From assembly GCA_964645025.1 (NCBI GenBank), contig CAZXYV010000002.1, positions 1-24,848 on the forward strand: 24,848 nucleotides of DNA, written 5' to 3'. The notes beneath the pieces are model-generated. The model saw only the letters and a list, made by a program, of their open reading frames with translations. It made no database searches and was not told the DNA's origin. The position numbers and the translations under genes were made by a program. How positions within the stretch are numbered: position 1 is the stretch's first letter; each line of letters begins with the position of its first letter. Shown one piece after another: positions 8,529-17,084 of this stretch. This DNA comes from an uncultured Dehalococcoidaceae bacterium (lineage in GTDB: Bacteria; Chloroflexota; Dehalococcoidia; Dehalococcoidales; RBG-16-60-22).

Positions 8529-8557
8529 ATCATAGCACTTTTTATGACATTTGTCAA
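8529..8557 (-). promoter_or_regulatory. Sigma70-type promoter for the minus-strand operon
   Basis: Minus strand TTGACA-17 nt-TATGAT with TGn before the -10. A TGACA-TT-TGTCA palindrome (8545-8556) overlaps the -35. Confidence 0.7.
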
Positions 8558-8817
8558 AATTTCTGCTCAGTATCCCCCAGACAACTCATAGCCTCCCGGG
8601 AGTTCAGCTCCGGTACCCCGGAACACCTGTTTAGCAAACCAGAAGTAGCTCTCCACCCGAAAAAAGACGATACTTTCCCTATCTTCTTCATCTGGCTGCC
8701 TTTGTGTGCCCTCAGTGTGCTAGGAAAATGCTCAAACCTGCGGATTAAGGGCAAAGCATGCCTGTTGCTTCCGCTATTGTAGTGTTTCATGTAAATAGAA
8801 GAGTAGCATATTGATAA

Positions 8818-8846
8818 TTGACAAAAAATGTCTACTATGCTAACAT
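8818..8846 (+). promoter_or_regulatory. Sigma70-type promoter for ABC cassette 1 (divergent from 8529-8557)
   Basis: TTGACA (8818-8823), 17-nt spacer, TAACAT (8841-8846) preceded by TGC. Confidence 0.6.
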
Positions 8847-9102
8847 TCCACAGCGTCTAAAAACTAATATGCCGATTTATTCAAAATATAATTCAACATA
8901 CAAGATTAATTTATTAGAATTATGTAAAAATACCATTGGACGCCATGATTTAAGCGATAAGCCCGGGAACATATTATTTTATAATCTATATCTTACGTCA
9001 TAAAAGACAGAGGGAGGTGAAAAAAGGCCAGAGACACGATAGTTCTACGGCTCATCCGAATGAGAAGTGAATAAACATTATTATTACGGAGGTGGTATAA
9101 AA

Positions 9103-10740
9103 GTGAAAAAGGTAACCATTCTGATAATTACTTTACTGGTAGCTGTGCTAATCTTCGGTGCTTGCTCTGAAGCAACCCCTACTACGTCCGCGCCAACCAC
9201 AAGCGCACCTACTACATCCGCACCAAAAACGACTGCCCCAACTACGGCTGCACCAACTACGGCTGCTACTACCACAAAAGCGCCGACCACAACTGCAACA
9301 AGCGCCATAACAAAGGGCGGTACTTTAAAAATAGCTGACCCGGTTTTTCCGAGTAACTTAGGTTGGACGGCAGATCCCGCCTGGGGGCGTGGTGGTCACG
9401 CCCCGGCCCTTTTCTTCGATACTCTCCTCAAGCAAGATAGCAACGGGAATACCGGGCCTAACCTCTGTTCGGCATTCACGGTCGCCCCGGACAAGAGCAC
9501 CATCACGCTTACCCTGAGAAAGAGCGTCAAGTTCCATGACGGGTCGGACTGGAACGCCGCCACGGCCAAGTGGAACCTGGATATATTAATCAGTGCCAAA
9601 TTGGGTGATTACAAGGAATTCAAATCGGTAGACATCGTGGATGACAACACGATAAAAATAAATATAGGTACCTACACCAATACCCTGCTCACCACCCTGT
9701 CCGGCACTTACGTCATCTCTAAAGCCGCTTATGATAAAAACGGTGATGCCTGGATGAAGTTGAACCCGGTCGGGACGGGGCCTTTCATCTGTACCAAGTT
9801 CGAGTCCGAAGTCTCCGCCAAAGGCGTCAAGAATCCCAACTACTGGCAGCAGGGCAAGCCCTACCTGGATGCCGTGGAGTTTTTTAAAATTAATGACACC
9901 ATGACCAGGTCAGCCTCTCTCCAGGCAGGGGAAGTGGACATCATCGGCGGTGACCTCTCCAAGGTGGAGTATGACCTCCAGCAAAAAGGATTCGATGTTG
10001 TCAAGGGCTATATCTCGGTCTATACCCTGATACCCGATAGCAAAAATACTAACTCGCCCTTCGCCAATCCCAAAGTACGCGAGGCAATGGACTATGCCAT
10101 TGACCGCGATAATCTCGTCAAGGCCCTCGGCTATGGTTTCTGGGCTACTACCTACCAGTTTGCTCTTCCCGGAACATCCGCCTTCAACCCGGCCCTGACG
10201 CGGCCTTATGACCTGAATAAAGCGAAACAGTTGCTGGCCGAGGCCGGTTATCCCAACGGTCTCAAAGCTTCGTTTACCGTAAATTCGGCGGTAAGCAACC
10301 GGGACGCCGTGACTGCCATACAATCATCCCTGAGCAAGGCAGGGATCACGCTCGACATGCAAATAGTAGACGGTACGACGGCCAACAACTACTACGCGAA
10401 TGGCTGGACCAATGGTTTACAGGGTGCCGCGTCATCGATAGGGGCCAACGTGAACGCTTCTCTTACCGCGTTGACCAAGGACGGCCCGACGTGGTACGTC
10501 AGCCTGGACAAGACTGAAGACTTTTATAACCTGTACCGTGCCTCGCTTACCTCGCCGCAATACGATGTTGCGCTGGTGCAAAAAGCGATAAAGTACTGGT
10601 TTGATAACGCGACCTTTAACTGCATTTATGCCGTTTCACGCGGTGTGGTCCTGCCGCCGTGGGTGCACGATACCGGTTTCTACACCCGCCACCGTTTCTG
10701 GTACTGGGAACCGGCCGATACCTGGATGAGCAAGCATTGA
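9103..10740 (+). CDS. ABC transporter substrate-binding lipoprotein, family 5 (dipeptide/oligopeptide/nickel type)
   Basis: Lipobox LIFGAC, TLRKSVKFHDGSDWNA, PVGTGPF, YWQQGKPYLD, KVREAMDYAIDR, KAKQLLAEAGYPNG. Start set at GTG 9103 after GGAGGT (9088-9093) instead of 9067. Confidence 0.9.
   Translation: MKKVTILIITLLVAVLIFGACSEATPTTSAPTTSAPTTSAPKTTAPTTAAPTTAATTTKAPTTTATSAITKGGTLKIADPVFPSNLGWTADPAWGRGGHAPALFFDTLLKQDSNGNTGPNLCSAFTVAPDKSTITLTLRKSVKFHDGSDWNAATAKWNLDILISAKLGDYKEFKSVDIVDDNTIKINIGTYTNTLLTTLSGTYVISKAAYDKNGDAWMKLNPVGTGPFICTKFESEVSAKGVKNPNYWQQGKPYLDAVEFFKINDTMTRSASLQAGEVDIIGGDLSKVEYDLQQKGFDVVKGYISVYTLIPDSKNTNSPFANPKVREAMDYAIDRDNLVKALGYGFWATTYQFALPGTSAFNPALTRPYDLNKAKQLLAEAGYPNGLKASFTVNSAVSNRDAVTAIQSSLSKAGITLDMQIVDGTTANNYYANGWTNGLQGAASSIGANVNASLTALTKDGPTWYVSLDKTEDFYNLYRASLTSPQYDVALVQKAIKYWFDNATFNCIYAVSRGVVLPPWVHDTGFYTRHRFWYWEPADTWMSKH
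9181..9300 (+). repeat. Degenerate 15-nt tandem repeat (8 units) encoding a Thr/Ala/Pro linker
   Basis: Units translate TTSAP TTSAP TTSAP KTTAP TTAAP TTAAT TTKAP TTTAT, shortly after the lipoprotein Cys. Confidence 0.85.
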
Positions 10741-10822
10741 TGCTCTGTAATCTTTAGACGAAGGAAAATAAATACTTTATAGCGCCGGCTGAAGAGTAAA
10801 AGAAAAGGAAAACTAGAATAAA

Positions 10823-10873
10823 GGACAGGGAAAAGTATATAAGAATAAGAGGAAAACATACTTTTCCCTGTCC
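10823..10873 (+). other. Intercistronic stem-loop (16-bp perfect inverted repeat) between SBP1 and permease
   Basis: GGACAGGGAAAAGTAT (10823-10838) / ATACTTTTCCCTGTCC (10858-10873), 19-nt loop. Could be an attenuating terminator or an mRNA-stabilising hairpin. Confidence 0.75.
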
Positions 10874-10990
10874 CATCCTCTTTTCAAGAAAGAAGATAAA
10901 ACGAGACTCTATCTCTTTTTATTTTTTGCTATGTTAGGACGTAGCCGGTATCGGTTTGAGTTATAATTCAGTTTTTAAAAGAGATTAATT

Positions 10991-11947
10991 ATGACTACGT
11001 ATATCATTCGTAGGCTGATACAGGGTTTCTTCATCCTCATTCTGGTCACCCTCATCGTGTTTCTGGCTATGAGGCTGCTTCCGGGCGACCCCATTTACAT
11101 GATATTGGGTGAGGCTGAGCTATCCAACATGACGAGGGAAGCAATTGACGAAATAAGGCATGAGTATGGACTGGATAGACCCTTGCTGGTGCAGTATGTT
11201 GACTGGATAGGGGGTATTTTTCATGGTGATTTTGGTATTTCAATCGTTTATGATTACTCACCGCTGAGAGTAATAGGCAAGGCAGTGCCCATTACCCTCA
11301 ATTTAAGTTTACCGGCTTTTTTTATCAGCTTCATGATTGGAATTCCGACGGGCGTGGTCTGCGCCATCAGGCGGGGCACATGGATTGATACGGTAGTGAC
11401 TATTCTGGCTAACATAGGTATTACCATTCCTATTTTTTGGCTGGGTACCATGCTCATCTATATGTTCGCCCTGAAACTCCACTGGTTACCGGTCCAGGGA
11501 TATACACCCCCTCTCGTTGATCTGGTGAAGAACATCCGCCAGATTATCATGCCCGTTTTTTGCCTGGCTATTTTCACCATATCCGCCACGTCCCGGCAGA
11601 CCCGGTCAAGTATGCTGGAGGTCATGAGGCAGGACTATATCCGTACGGCATGGTCCAAAGGCTTGAAGGAGCGCAAGGTGGTAATGAAACATGCGCTGAA
11701 AAATGGCCTCATCCCGGTGGTCACGTTATTGGGCATGGGTTTCAGTCACATCATTGGCGGCTCGGTCCTGGTAGAGACCGTATTTAATATCCGGGGTGTG
11801 GGCCTAACGCTGGTCAGCGCCGTCTTCGCGCGTGATTACCCGATTGTTCAGGGTTACGTTTTCTTTATTGCCATCACGGTATTAATCGTGAATTTGATTG
11901 TTGATATTTCTTACGGGTGGCTTGACCCAAGGATACGGTACGGTTAA
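10991..11947 (+). CDS. ABC transporter permease, DppB/OppB type
   Basis: YIIRRL...RLLPGDP...GLDRPLLVQY, EAA-loop region DYIRTAWSKGL, VETVF, RDYPIVQG. Confidence 0.92.
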   Translation: MTTYIIRRLIQGFFILILVTLIVFLAMRLLPGDPIYMILGEAELSNMTREAIDEIRHEYGLDRPLLVQYVDWIGGIFHGDFGISIVYDYSPLRVIGKAVPITLNLSLPAFFISFMIGIPTGVVCAIRRGTWIDTVVTILANIGITIPIFWLGTMLIYMFALKLHWLPVQGYTPPLVDLVKNIRQIIMPVFCLAIFTISATSRQTRSSMLEVMRQDYIRTAWSKGLKERKVVMKHALKNGLIPVVTLLGMGFSHIIGGSVLVETVFNIRGVGLTLVSAVFARDYPIVQGYVFFIAITVLIVNLIVDISYGWLDPRIRYG

Positions 11948-11956
11948 GGAGCGGAC

Positions 11957-12856
11957 ATGGCCGCAAATAATGATACATTACGCACAGATTCCGGATTACT
12001 GGCACCGCACACCAGCGAGTTAAAGCGTTTCCAAAGGGTATTGTTTAGCCGGGGCCTGGTGGTATTTGGTGTGATAATCATCCTGCTCGTCATTGTAGTC
12101 GCTGTTTTTGCTCCTCTGCTGGCGCCTTATGACCCGTATGAACAGTACTGGGACCAAACCTTGCTTAATCCTTCATCACATCACCTGCTCGGCACCGATT
12201 CTCTCGGCAGGGACGTCTTAAGCCGTTTAATTTTCGGTTCGCGAAACTCCCTGATGGTCGGTATCGTCGCTCTTGGCATTGCCGCGATATTCGGTATGTC
12301 TATGGGGCTCATTGCCGGATATTTCGGCCGCTGGATAAACACCATTATTATGAGAATTATTGATGCCATGATGAGTTTTCCCATGATTTTACTCGCCCTG
12401 GTAATTGCAGCTTTACTCGGTGGCGGCATGAGGAATGTGATGATCGCTTTAGGCATCGCCATGTTACCCGGGTACGCCAGGCTGATGTGCGGCCAGGTGC
12501 TCTCCGTCAAGGAGAATGACTATGTACTGGCAGAACACGCCGCCGGCGCCGGCGACCTGCGGATTATGCTGCGCCATATACTGCCTAATTGTTTTCCTCC
12601 GTTAATAGTTATGGTGACAATGCAAATCGGGGCAGCGATACTGGCCGAAGCCGGCTTGAGCTTTCTTGGAATCGGCATCGAACCTCCCGCAGCCGCTTGG
12701 GGTCTCATGGTTGAAGATGGACGTATGTATCTGATGACCAATCCTATCCTTTCTTTTGCCCCCGGTCTGGCTATCATGCTTGTTGTATTTGGTTTCAATA
12801 TGGTTGGCGATGGCCTGCGTGACGCTCTTGACCCAAGGCTAAGGGGCACAATTTAA
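11957..12856 (+). CDS. ABC transporter permease, DppC/OppC type
   Basis: HLLGTDSLGRDVLSRLIFG, DYVLAEHAAGA, EAGLSFLGIG, GDGLRDALDPR. Confidence 0.92.
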   Translation: MAANNDTLRTDSGLLAPHTSELKRFQRVLFSRGLVVFGVIIILLVIVVAVFAPLLAPYDPYEQYWDQTLLNPSSHHLLGTDSLGRDVLSRLIFGSRNSLMVGIVALGIAAIFGMSMGLIAGYFGRWINTIIMRIIDAMMSFPMILLALVIAALLGGGMRNVMIALGIAMLPGYARLMCGQVLSVKENDYVLAEHAAGAGDLRIMLRHILPNCFPPLIVMVTMQIGAAILAEAGLSFLGIGIEPPAAAWGLMVEDGRMYLMTNPILSFAPGLAIMLVVFGFNMVGDGLRDALDPRLRGTI

Positions 12857-12864
12857 CCGGATGA

Positions 12865-14628
12865 ATGATGAAAAAAGTTGTTAAAATTTCTAAACCAGGA
12901 GAGTATAGGGGTTACTCCCGAGAAATATACCCTGAAGTAGTCTGCACCTCCAGGTATCTCAATATCAGAGGCATCAACATCGCCGTTGATATCTATCATC
13001 CCAGCCAAGACGGTGTTAACCCGATTGATGCTCCGTATCCCGTTATTTATCAACATTATGCCTATAATAGAGGCAGGATTAGTAAAGACAATATCCATTT
13101 TCTGGTCAAACATGGTTATGTAGTGATAATAGATGACGCCAGAGGTACCGGTGCCTCTTTTGGATGCAAGCCATACCAGTTCAACCGTGAAGAAGCGCAA
13201 GATGCCAAAGAGCTGATTGAATGGGCAGCGGCCCAGCCGTGGTGTGATGGGAAGATAGGCATGTTCGGCGGCTCACAAATGGGGGGAACCCAGCTGCTGA
13301 TTGCCGCAACTAAGCCGCCGCATCTGGTTTCTATCATGCCTGCCGTGACTACTATTGACCAGTTCATGCGCCATCCTAACGGCGTCCACTTGAATATGCC
13401 TGGTAAACCTGGAATGCCAATGCCTCCTGAAACAGCCAAACCCGTTGACGCGGATACTTCCGGCAAGATGGCGGCGGAGGCTATAAAGGTTCATCAGCCC
13501 AGCCCCGGGTTATATCAGATGTGGCCGGGTCCTCATAACTTCCGTAATAGCTATATGCCGGAAATTAAAGACATGCCGTCAATAGTAACCAGCCCGATCA
13601 CTTATAGCGATGAGATTAAAAGCTCGGGTGTTAAGATGTATAACGTTGCTGGGTGGTACGACCAGGCGCCTGCAAGCCAGCTTGGAGCCTGGAAACTATG
13701 GGGTGGGAAGCTGATAATTGGTGCCTGGGTTCATGAAATGATGGTAGACGTAGAAATACCCAAAGTCGAAATACTTCAGATTGAGACCCTGCGGTGGATG
13801 GATTTCAATCTTAAAGGAATCCAGAATGGTATTGATAAAGAGCCTCCAATATACTATTACACTATCAATGCACCTAAAGGCAAGGAGTGGAAATTCACTT
13901 CGCATTGGCCGCTGCCCAACCAGACACTAACAAAATACTATTTCGATGCCGGACCTACCAGAACCGTAGATTCAATTAACGATGGCGGTTTAAGTACGTC
14001 TTCTTCCGGAATTTCAAACAGTGATATTTACGAGGTAGACTATTCAATTAATGTGTTTAATGGGAAATTCAGAGAAAACGCGCGTTCCTGGGACGGAGAT
14101 ATGACCGAGGGAACCGATAGGAAAGGCCTGACCTTCACTTCGGAGCGTCTGTACGCTGATACAGAGGTTACTGGCCATCCTGTAGTTCATCTTTGGGTAT
14201 CTTCTACCTCTCAAGATGGAGACTTCCATGTATTTCTCGAAGAGGTTAACGGCGAGACCAATAAATCACGGTTTGTTACCAACGGCATGATAAGAGCTTC
14301 TAATCGTGCGCTTTCAACCAGATCACCCTGGACCGACCTGGGGCTTCCATATCATCGATGTTGGGACGTCGATGCTGAACCTCTCACTCCGGGTGATAAG
14401 GTTGAGCTTGTCTTTGATCTGTATCCCATATCTTATGTTTTTCGACGGGGAAATCGCATAAGGGTAACTGTTACGGGAGCTAATGCCCCCCTTTACCCGG
14501 GTATCAAAGAAAATCCCGCACCTAAGGTATCTGTTTATCACTATGAGGAGTTTAATTCGTATATCGAGTTACCTATAATACGGGGGAAGGTCAGTTGCAG
14601 TCCACAATCTTTGGAACGATATCGCTAA
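12865..14628 (+). CDS. CocE/NonD family alpha/beta hydrolase (peptidase S15-like)
   Basis: HGYVVIIDDARGTGASFG, WCDGKIGMFGGSQMGG (nucleophile elbow), GWYD, GAWVH, and a C-terminal PepX_C-like domain (EVTGHP...VHLWVSS...FRRGNRIRVTV). Confidence 0.88.
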   Translation: MMKKVVKISKPGEYRGYSREIYPEVVCTSRYLNIRGINIAVDIYHPSQDGVNPIDAPYPVIYQHYAYNRGRISKDNIHFLVKHGYVVIIDDARGTGASFGCKPYQFNREEAQDAKELIEWAAAQPWCDGKIGMFGGSQMGGTQLLIAATKPPHLVSIMPAVTTIDQFMRHPNGVHLNMPGKPGMPMPPETAKPVDADTSGKMAAEAIKVHQPSPGLYQMWPGPHNFRNSYMPEIKDMPSIVTSPITYSDEIKSSGVKMYNVAGWYDQAPASQLGAWKLWGGKLIIGAWVHEMMVDVEIPKVEILQIETLRWMDFNLKGIQNGIDKEPPIYYYTINAPKGKEWKFTSHWPLPNQTLTKYYFDAGPTRTVDSINDGGLSTSSSGISNSDIYEVDYSINVFNGKFRENARSWDGDMTEGTDRKGLTFTSERLYADTEVTGHPVVHLWVSSTSQDGDFHVFLEEVNGETNKSRFVTNGMIRASNRALSTRSPWTDLGLPYHRCWDVDAEPLTPGDKVELVFDLYPISYVFRRGNRIRVTVTGANAPLYPGIKENPAPKVSVYHYEEFNSYIELPIIRGKVSCSPQSLERYR

Positions 14629-14772
14629 ACCAGAGGTTATCCCAGTTATTGCAACCGAAGACTGGATGAAAGTTGTTAGCAAGAAGTTGTAGTACGCGAC
14701 TTCCGTGACACCTCTCCCTCAACTGTTGTAACTACATTCCGCACGCTAAGGGATTAATTTTTACTGGCAGAA

Positions 14773-14997
14773 TCAACATTTCACTAAGGGTGTTACATAA
14801 TCCAACCTGAGTGGTTCATTTTTATTGCCAACTAACATACATCCCGATGTTCGTTCAATGGTAGGTAAATCTAATTCTAATGGATTGACACCTCTAATCT
14901 CTAGCTTATCACGGCTGGCATAGATTCCTATATCCAAGGCGTCAAAGGCCAGCCTTTTTATCTCTGGGGTGCGGTTCTGGAGTATGGTTACTAACAA
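14773..14997 (-). pseudogene. Probable remnant of the 3' end of a large serine recombinase gene
   Basis: KRLAFDALDIGIYASRDKLEIRGVNPLEL-LPTIERTSGC resembles, from memory, C-terminal tails of Dehalococcoidia recombinase-family proteins. Two in-frame stops lie directly upstream and there is no catalytic domain. Not verified by search. Confidence 0.5.
14840..14864. repeat. Dispersed junction motif, copy B (att-like)
   Basis: CATCCCGATGTTCGTTCAATGGTAG. Shares ACATCCCGATGTTC exactly with copy C and 20/25 with copy A. Confidence 0.7.
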
Positions 14998-15148
14998 TTA
15001 TCAAGCGGTTTTAGTAACGATGTACGAAGAGTTGTAGAGACAACGTATCGGTCACTCTAAAGCGGGTTATTAAACTTAAGTAATTTAAATTTGCGAAATA
15101 GAATATCATATATAATATCTTATTGGATAAATCACACGTAATGCAGGT

Positions 15149-15177
15149 TTGACATTGATTATTTACTATTATATAAT
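15149..15177 (+). promoter_or_regulatory. Perfect consensus sigma70 promoter for ABC cassette 2
   Basis: TTGACA (15149-15154), 17 nt, TATAAT (15172-15177). Confidence 0.85.
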
Positions 15178-15312
15178 ACTGTGCGAGCTATGAAAGATTA
15201 CCCCCATCAAATCCAAAAACACATACCTGCTTCTCTGGAGAAAGGCGGTGAGATAAAGCGTAAATTGAGACATCACATATATTATCCGCAAATTCAAAAA
15301 GGAGGGAACAAA

Positions 15313-16926
15313 ATGAGGAAGATTCTATTCATCGTCTTTGCGGTTGTTTTGGTGAGCGCGTTGATTTTTGGCAGCTGCGCCAAATCAACCACACCAACCG
15401 CCACCACCCCGGCAGCAACCACCCCGGCGGCAACCACCCCGAAACCGACCACACCGGCACCTACCACGGTAACACCGAAATCCGGCGGCACCCTTAAATA
15501 CGGCGAATCTCTCTGGTACGGGGCCACCCTCGGCTGGCCCGGAGACCCGGGCTGGCTCGTCACGTCGCCCGTGGTCAATGTCTTCGCCGACACTATCCTT
15601 TCGGTGGATACCAAGGATATCATTCATCCGAACCTGGCCACCGCCTGGAACGTATCCTCGGACCTCAAGACCATCACGCTTACTTTAAGACCGGGCATTA
15701 AGTTCCATGACGGGTCGGACTGGAACGCCACGGTATGCAAGTGGAACCTCGACCTGCTGGTCACCCCTAAATATGGCGATTATGCCTATGTAACCTCGGT
15801 TGATATCGTCGACCCCTCCACTGTCAGGCTCAACCTGAATCAGTACAGCAACAGTCTCCTTACCACCATCGGCAGCACCTTTGTCGTTTCCCAGCAGGCT
15901 TATATCGACCATGGCGCCAACAAGGACGCTGAGACCTGGATGCGGGCGAATATCGTCGGCACCGGGCCTTTCAAGCAAACTGCGGTGACTCCCAACGTAT
16001 CTATCACAGGCATCAGGTTTGACGGTTACTGGGGCGGTAAGCCGTACCTGGACAGTATTATCATGACCCAGATTGGCGACCAGATGACCAGGGCGCAGGC
16101 CCTTCAGGCAGGCGAGATTGACATTGAAGGCGGCAACCCCACGAAAATCGAAGCTGATCTTTTAGCCGCGAATAAGAACTTTAAAATCCAGGCGGACTAT
16201 ATCGCTATCTCCTCACTTGTTCCTGACAGCAAGAACACTGCCTCGCCGTTCTCTAACCTCAAAGTTCGCCAGGCTGTCAGCTATGCTTTCGACCGTGACT
16301 CTATCGTCAATAGCCTGGGTTACGGCTACTGGGTGACTACCAGCCAGTACGCCGTGCCGGGCACGGTCTCTTATAACAACGCTATTCCTGTCATCAAACA
16401 GGACCTGACCAAGGCCAAGCAGCTGCTGACCGAGGCCGGCTATCCCAACGGCTTCACCACCTCGATTCTCGGCTCCTCCGTGACGAGCTTCAAGGACATG
16501 TTGGTGGCGGAGCAGGGCATGATGGCGAAAATCGGCATCACCGTTAATATCAACATCATCGACCATCCTTCTTATAACAACGCCATCAATAAAGGCTGGG
16601 ACGGTTTAGCCGCGGCCGGCAAGCTCATCGACGCTAACATGGGCTGGGCTCTCGGCACCAATTTTGGGCAGAAAGTTGTTTCAAACGCCAGCTTGGCCAA
16701 GACCGACGATTTTCAGGCCTTGTTAAACGCCGCTCTGGCATCAAAGGACTATGACCCGGCCTTGATAGGCAAGGTCGTGAAGTACATGGACGATAACCAG
16801 ACGGTCATCGTTCTTAACGCCACCATGCGCGGCCAGGTGATGGCGAACTACGTGATGGACCCCGGTTTTTACACCTACGACCGCGCCACTTACTGGAACC
16901 CGGCCAAAACCTGGTTGAACAAGTAA
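15313..16926 (+). CDS. ABC transporter substrate-binding lipoprotein, family 5 (paralog of 9103-10740)
   Basis: Lipobox LIFGSC, LRPGIKFHDGSDWNA, VGTGPF, YWGGKPYLD, KVRQAVSYAFDR, KAKQLLTEAGYPNG. Start set at ATG 15313 after GGAGGG; the track start 15181 lies at about the predicted transcription start. Confidence 0.9.
   Translation: MRKILFIVFAVVLVSALIFGSCAKSTTPTATTPAATTPAATTPKPTTPAPTTVTPKSGGTLKYGESLWYGATLGWPGDPGWLVTSPVVNVFADTILSVDTKDIIHPNLATAWNVSSDLKTITLTLRPGIKFHDGSDWNATVCKWNLDLLVTPKYGDYAYVTSVDIVDPSTVRLNLNQYSNSLLTTIGSTFVVSQQAYIDHGANKDAETWMRANIVGTGPFKQTAVTPNVSITGIRFDGYWGGKPYLDSIIMTQIGDQMTRAQALQAGEIDIEGGNPTKIEADLLAANKNFKIQADYIAISSLVPDSKNTASPFSNLKVRQAVSYAFDRDSIVNSLGYGYWVTTSQYAVPGTVSYNNAIPVIKQDLTKAKQLLTEAGYPNGFTTSILGSSVTSFKDMLVAEQGMMAKIGITVNINIIDHPSYNNAINKGWDGLAAAGKLIDANMGWALGTNFGQKVVSNASLAKTDDFQALLNAALASKDYDPALIGKVVKYMDDNQTVIVLNATMRGQVMANYVMDPGFYTYDRATYWNPAKTWLNK
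15388..15477 (+). repeat. Degenerate 15-nt tandem repeat (6 units) encoding a Thr/Pro linker
   Basis: TTPTA TTPAA TTPAA TTPKP TTPAP TTVTP after the lipoprotein Cys. Confidence 0.85.
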
Positions 16927-17007
16927 CCCGGCTGATAAACTGGTCTTCGGCGGGAACGTAACCGCCAGCATTGAAGAAGACGTAAATAGAAAATAGCTAA
17001 ACTAAAA

Positions 17008-17056
17008 GACGGGAAGAGATTTATAGACCTGACATGTTTATAAATCTTTTCCCGTC
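17008..17056 (+). other. Intercistronic stem-loop between SBP2 and permease
   Basis: GACGGGAAGAGATTTATA (17008-17025) / TATAAATCTTTTCCCGTC (17039-17056): 18 bp with one G-U pair, extendable by 3 bp into the loop. Confidence 0.75.
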
Positions 17057-17084
17057 GTTATATAATGGTGGTTAGAGGTCTTTA

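Noticed and set aside
8489-9003. ORFs 8489-8782, 8554-8790 and 8818-9003 in the divergent intergenic region
   Set aside because: They run across the two predicted promoters, lack ribosome-binding sites and have no protein-like motifs.
9017-9070. 17-codon leader peptide (GTG AAA AAA GGC ... TGA) upstream of SBP1
   Set aside because: The GTG is part of the SD-like motif itself with no properly spaced ribosome-binding site, and the paralogous leader has no equivalent ORF.
9067-9102. Longer N-terminus for SBP1 (and similarly 15181 for SBP2, 1596 for livG, 4444 for the C_GCAxxG_C_C gene)
   Set aside because: Downstream starts have well-spaced ribosome-binding sites and give normal N-termini or signal peptides; 15181 lies at about the predicted transcription start.
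9181-9300. 15-nt periodic repeats as a CRISPR array
   Set aside because: No constant repeat with unique spacers, the units are in-frame coding sequence, and no cas genes are present.
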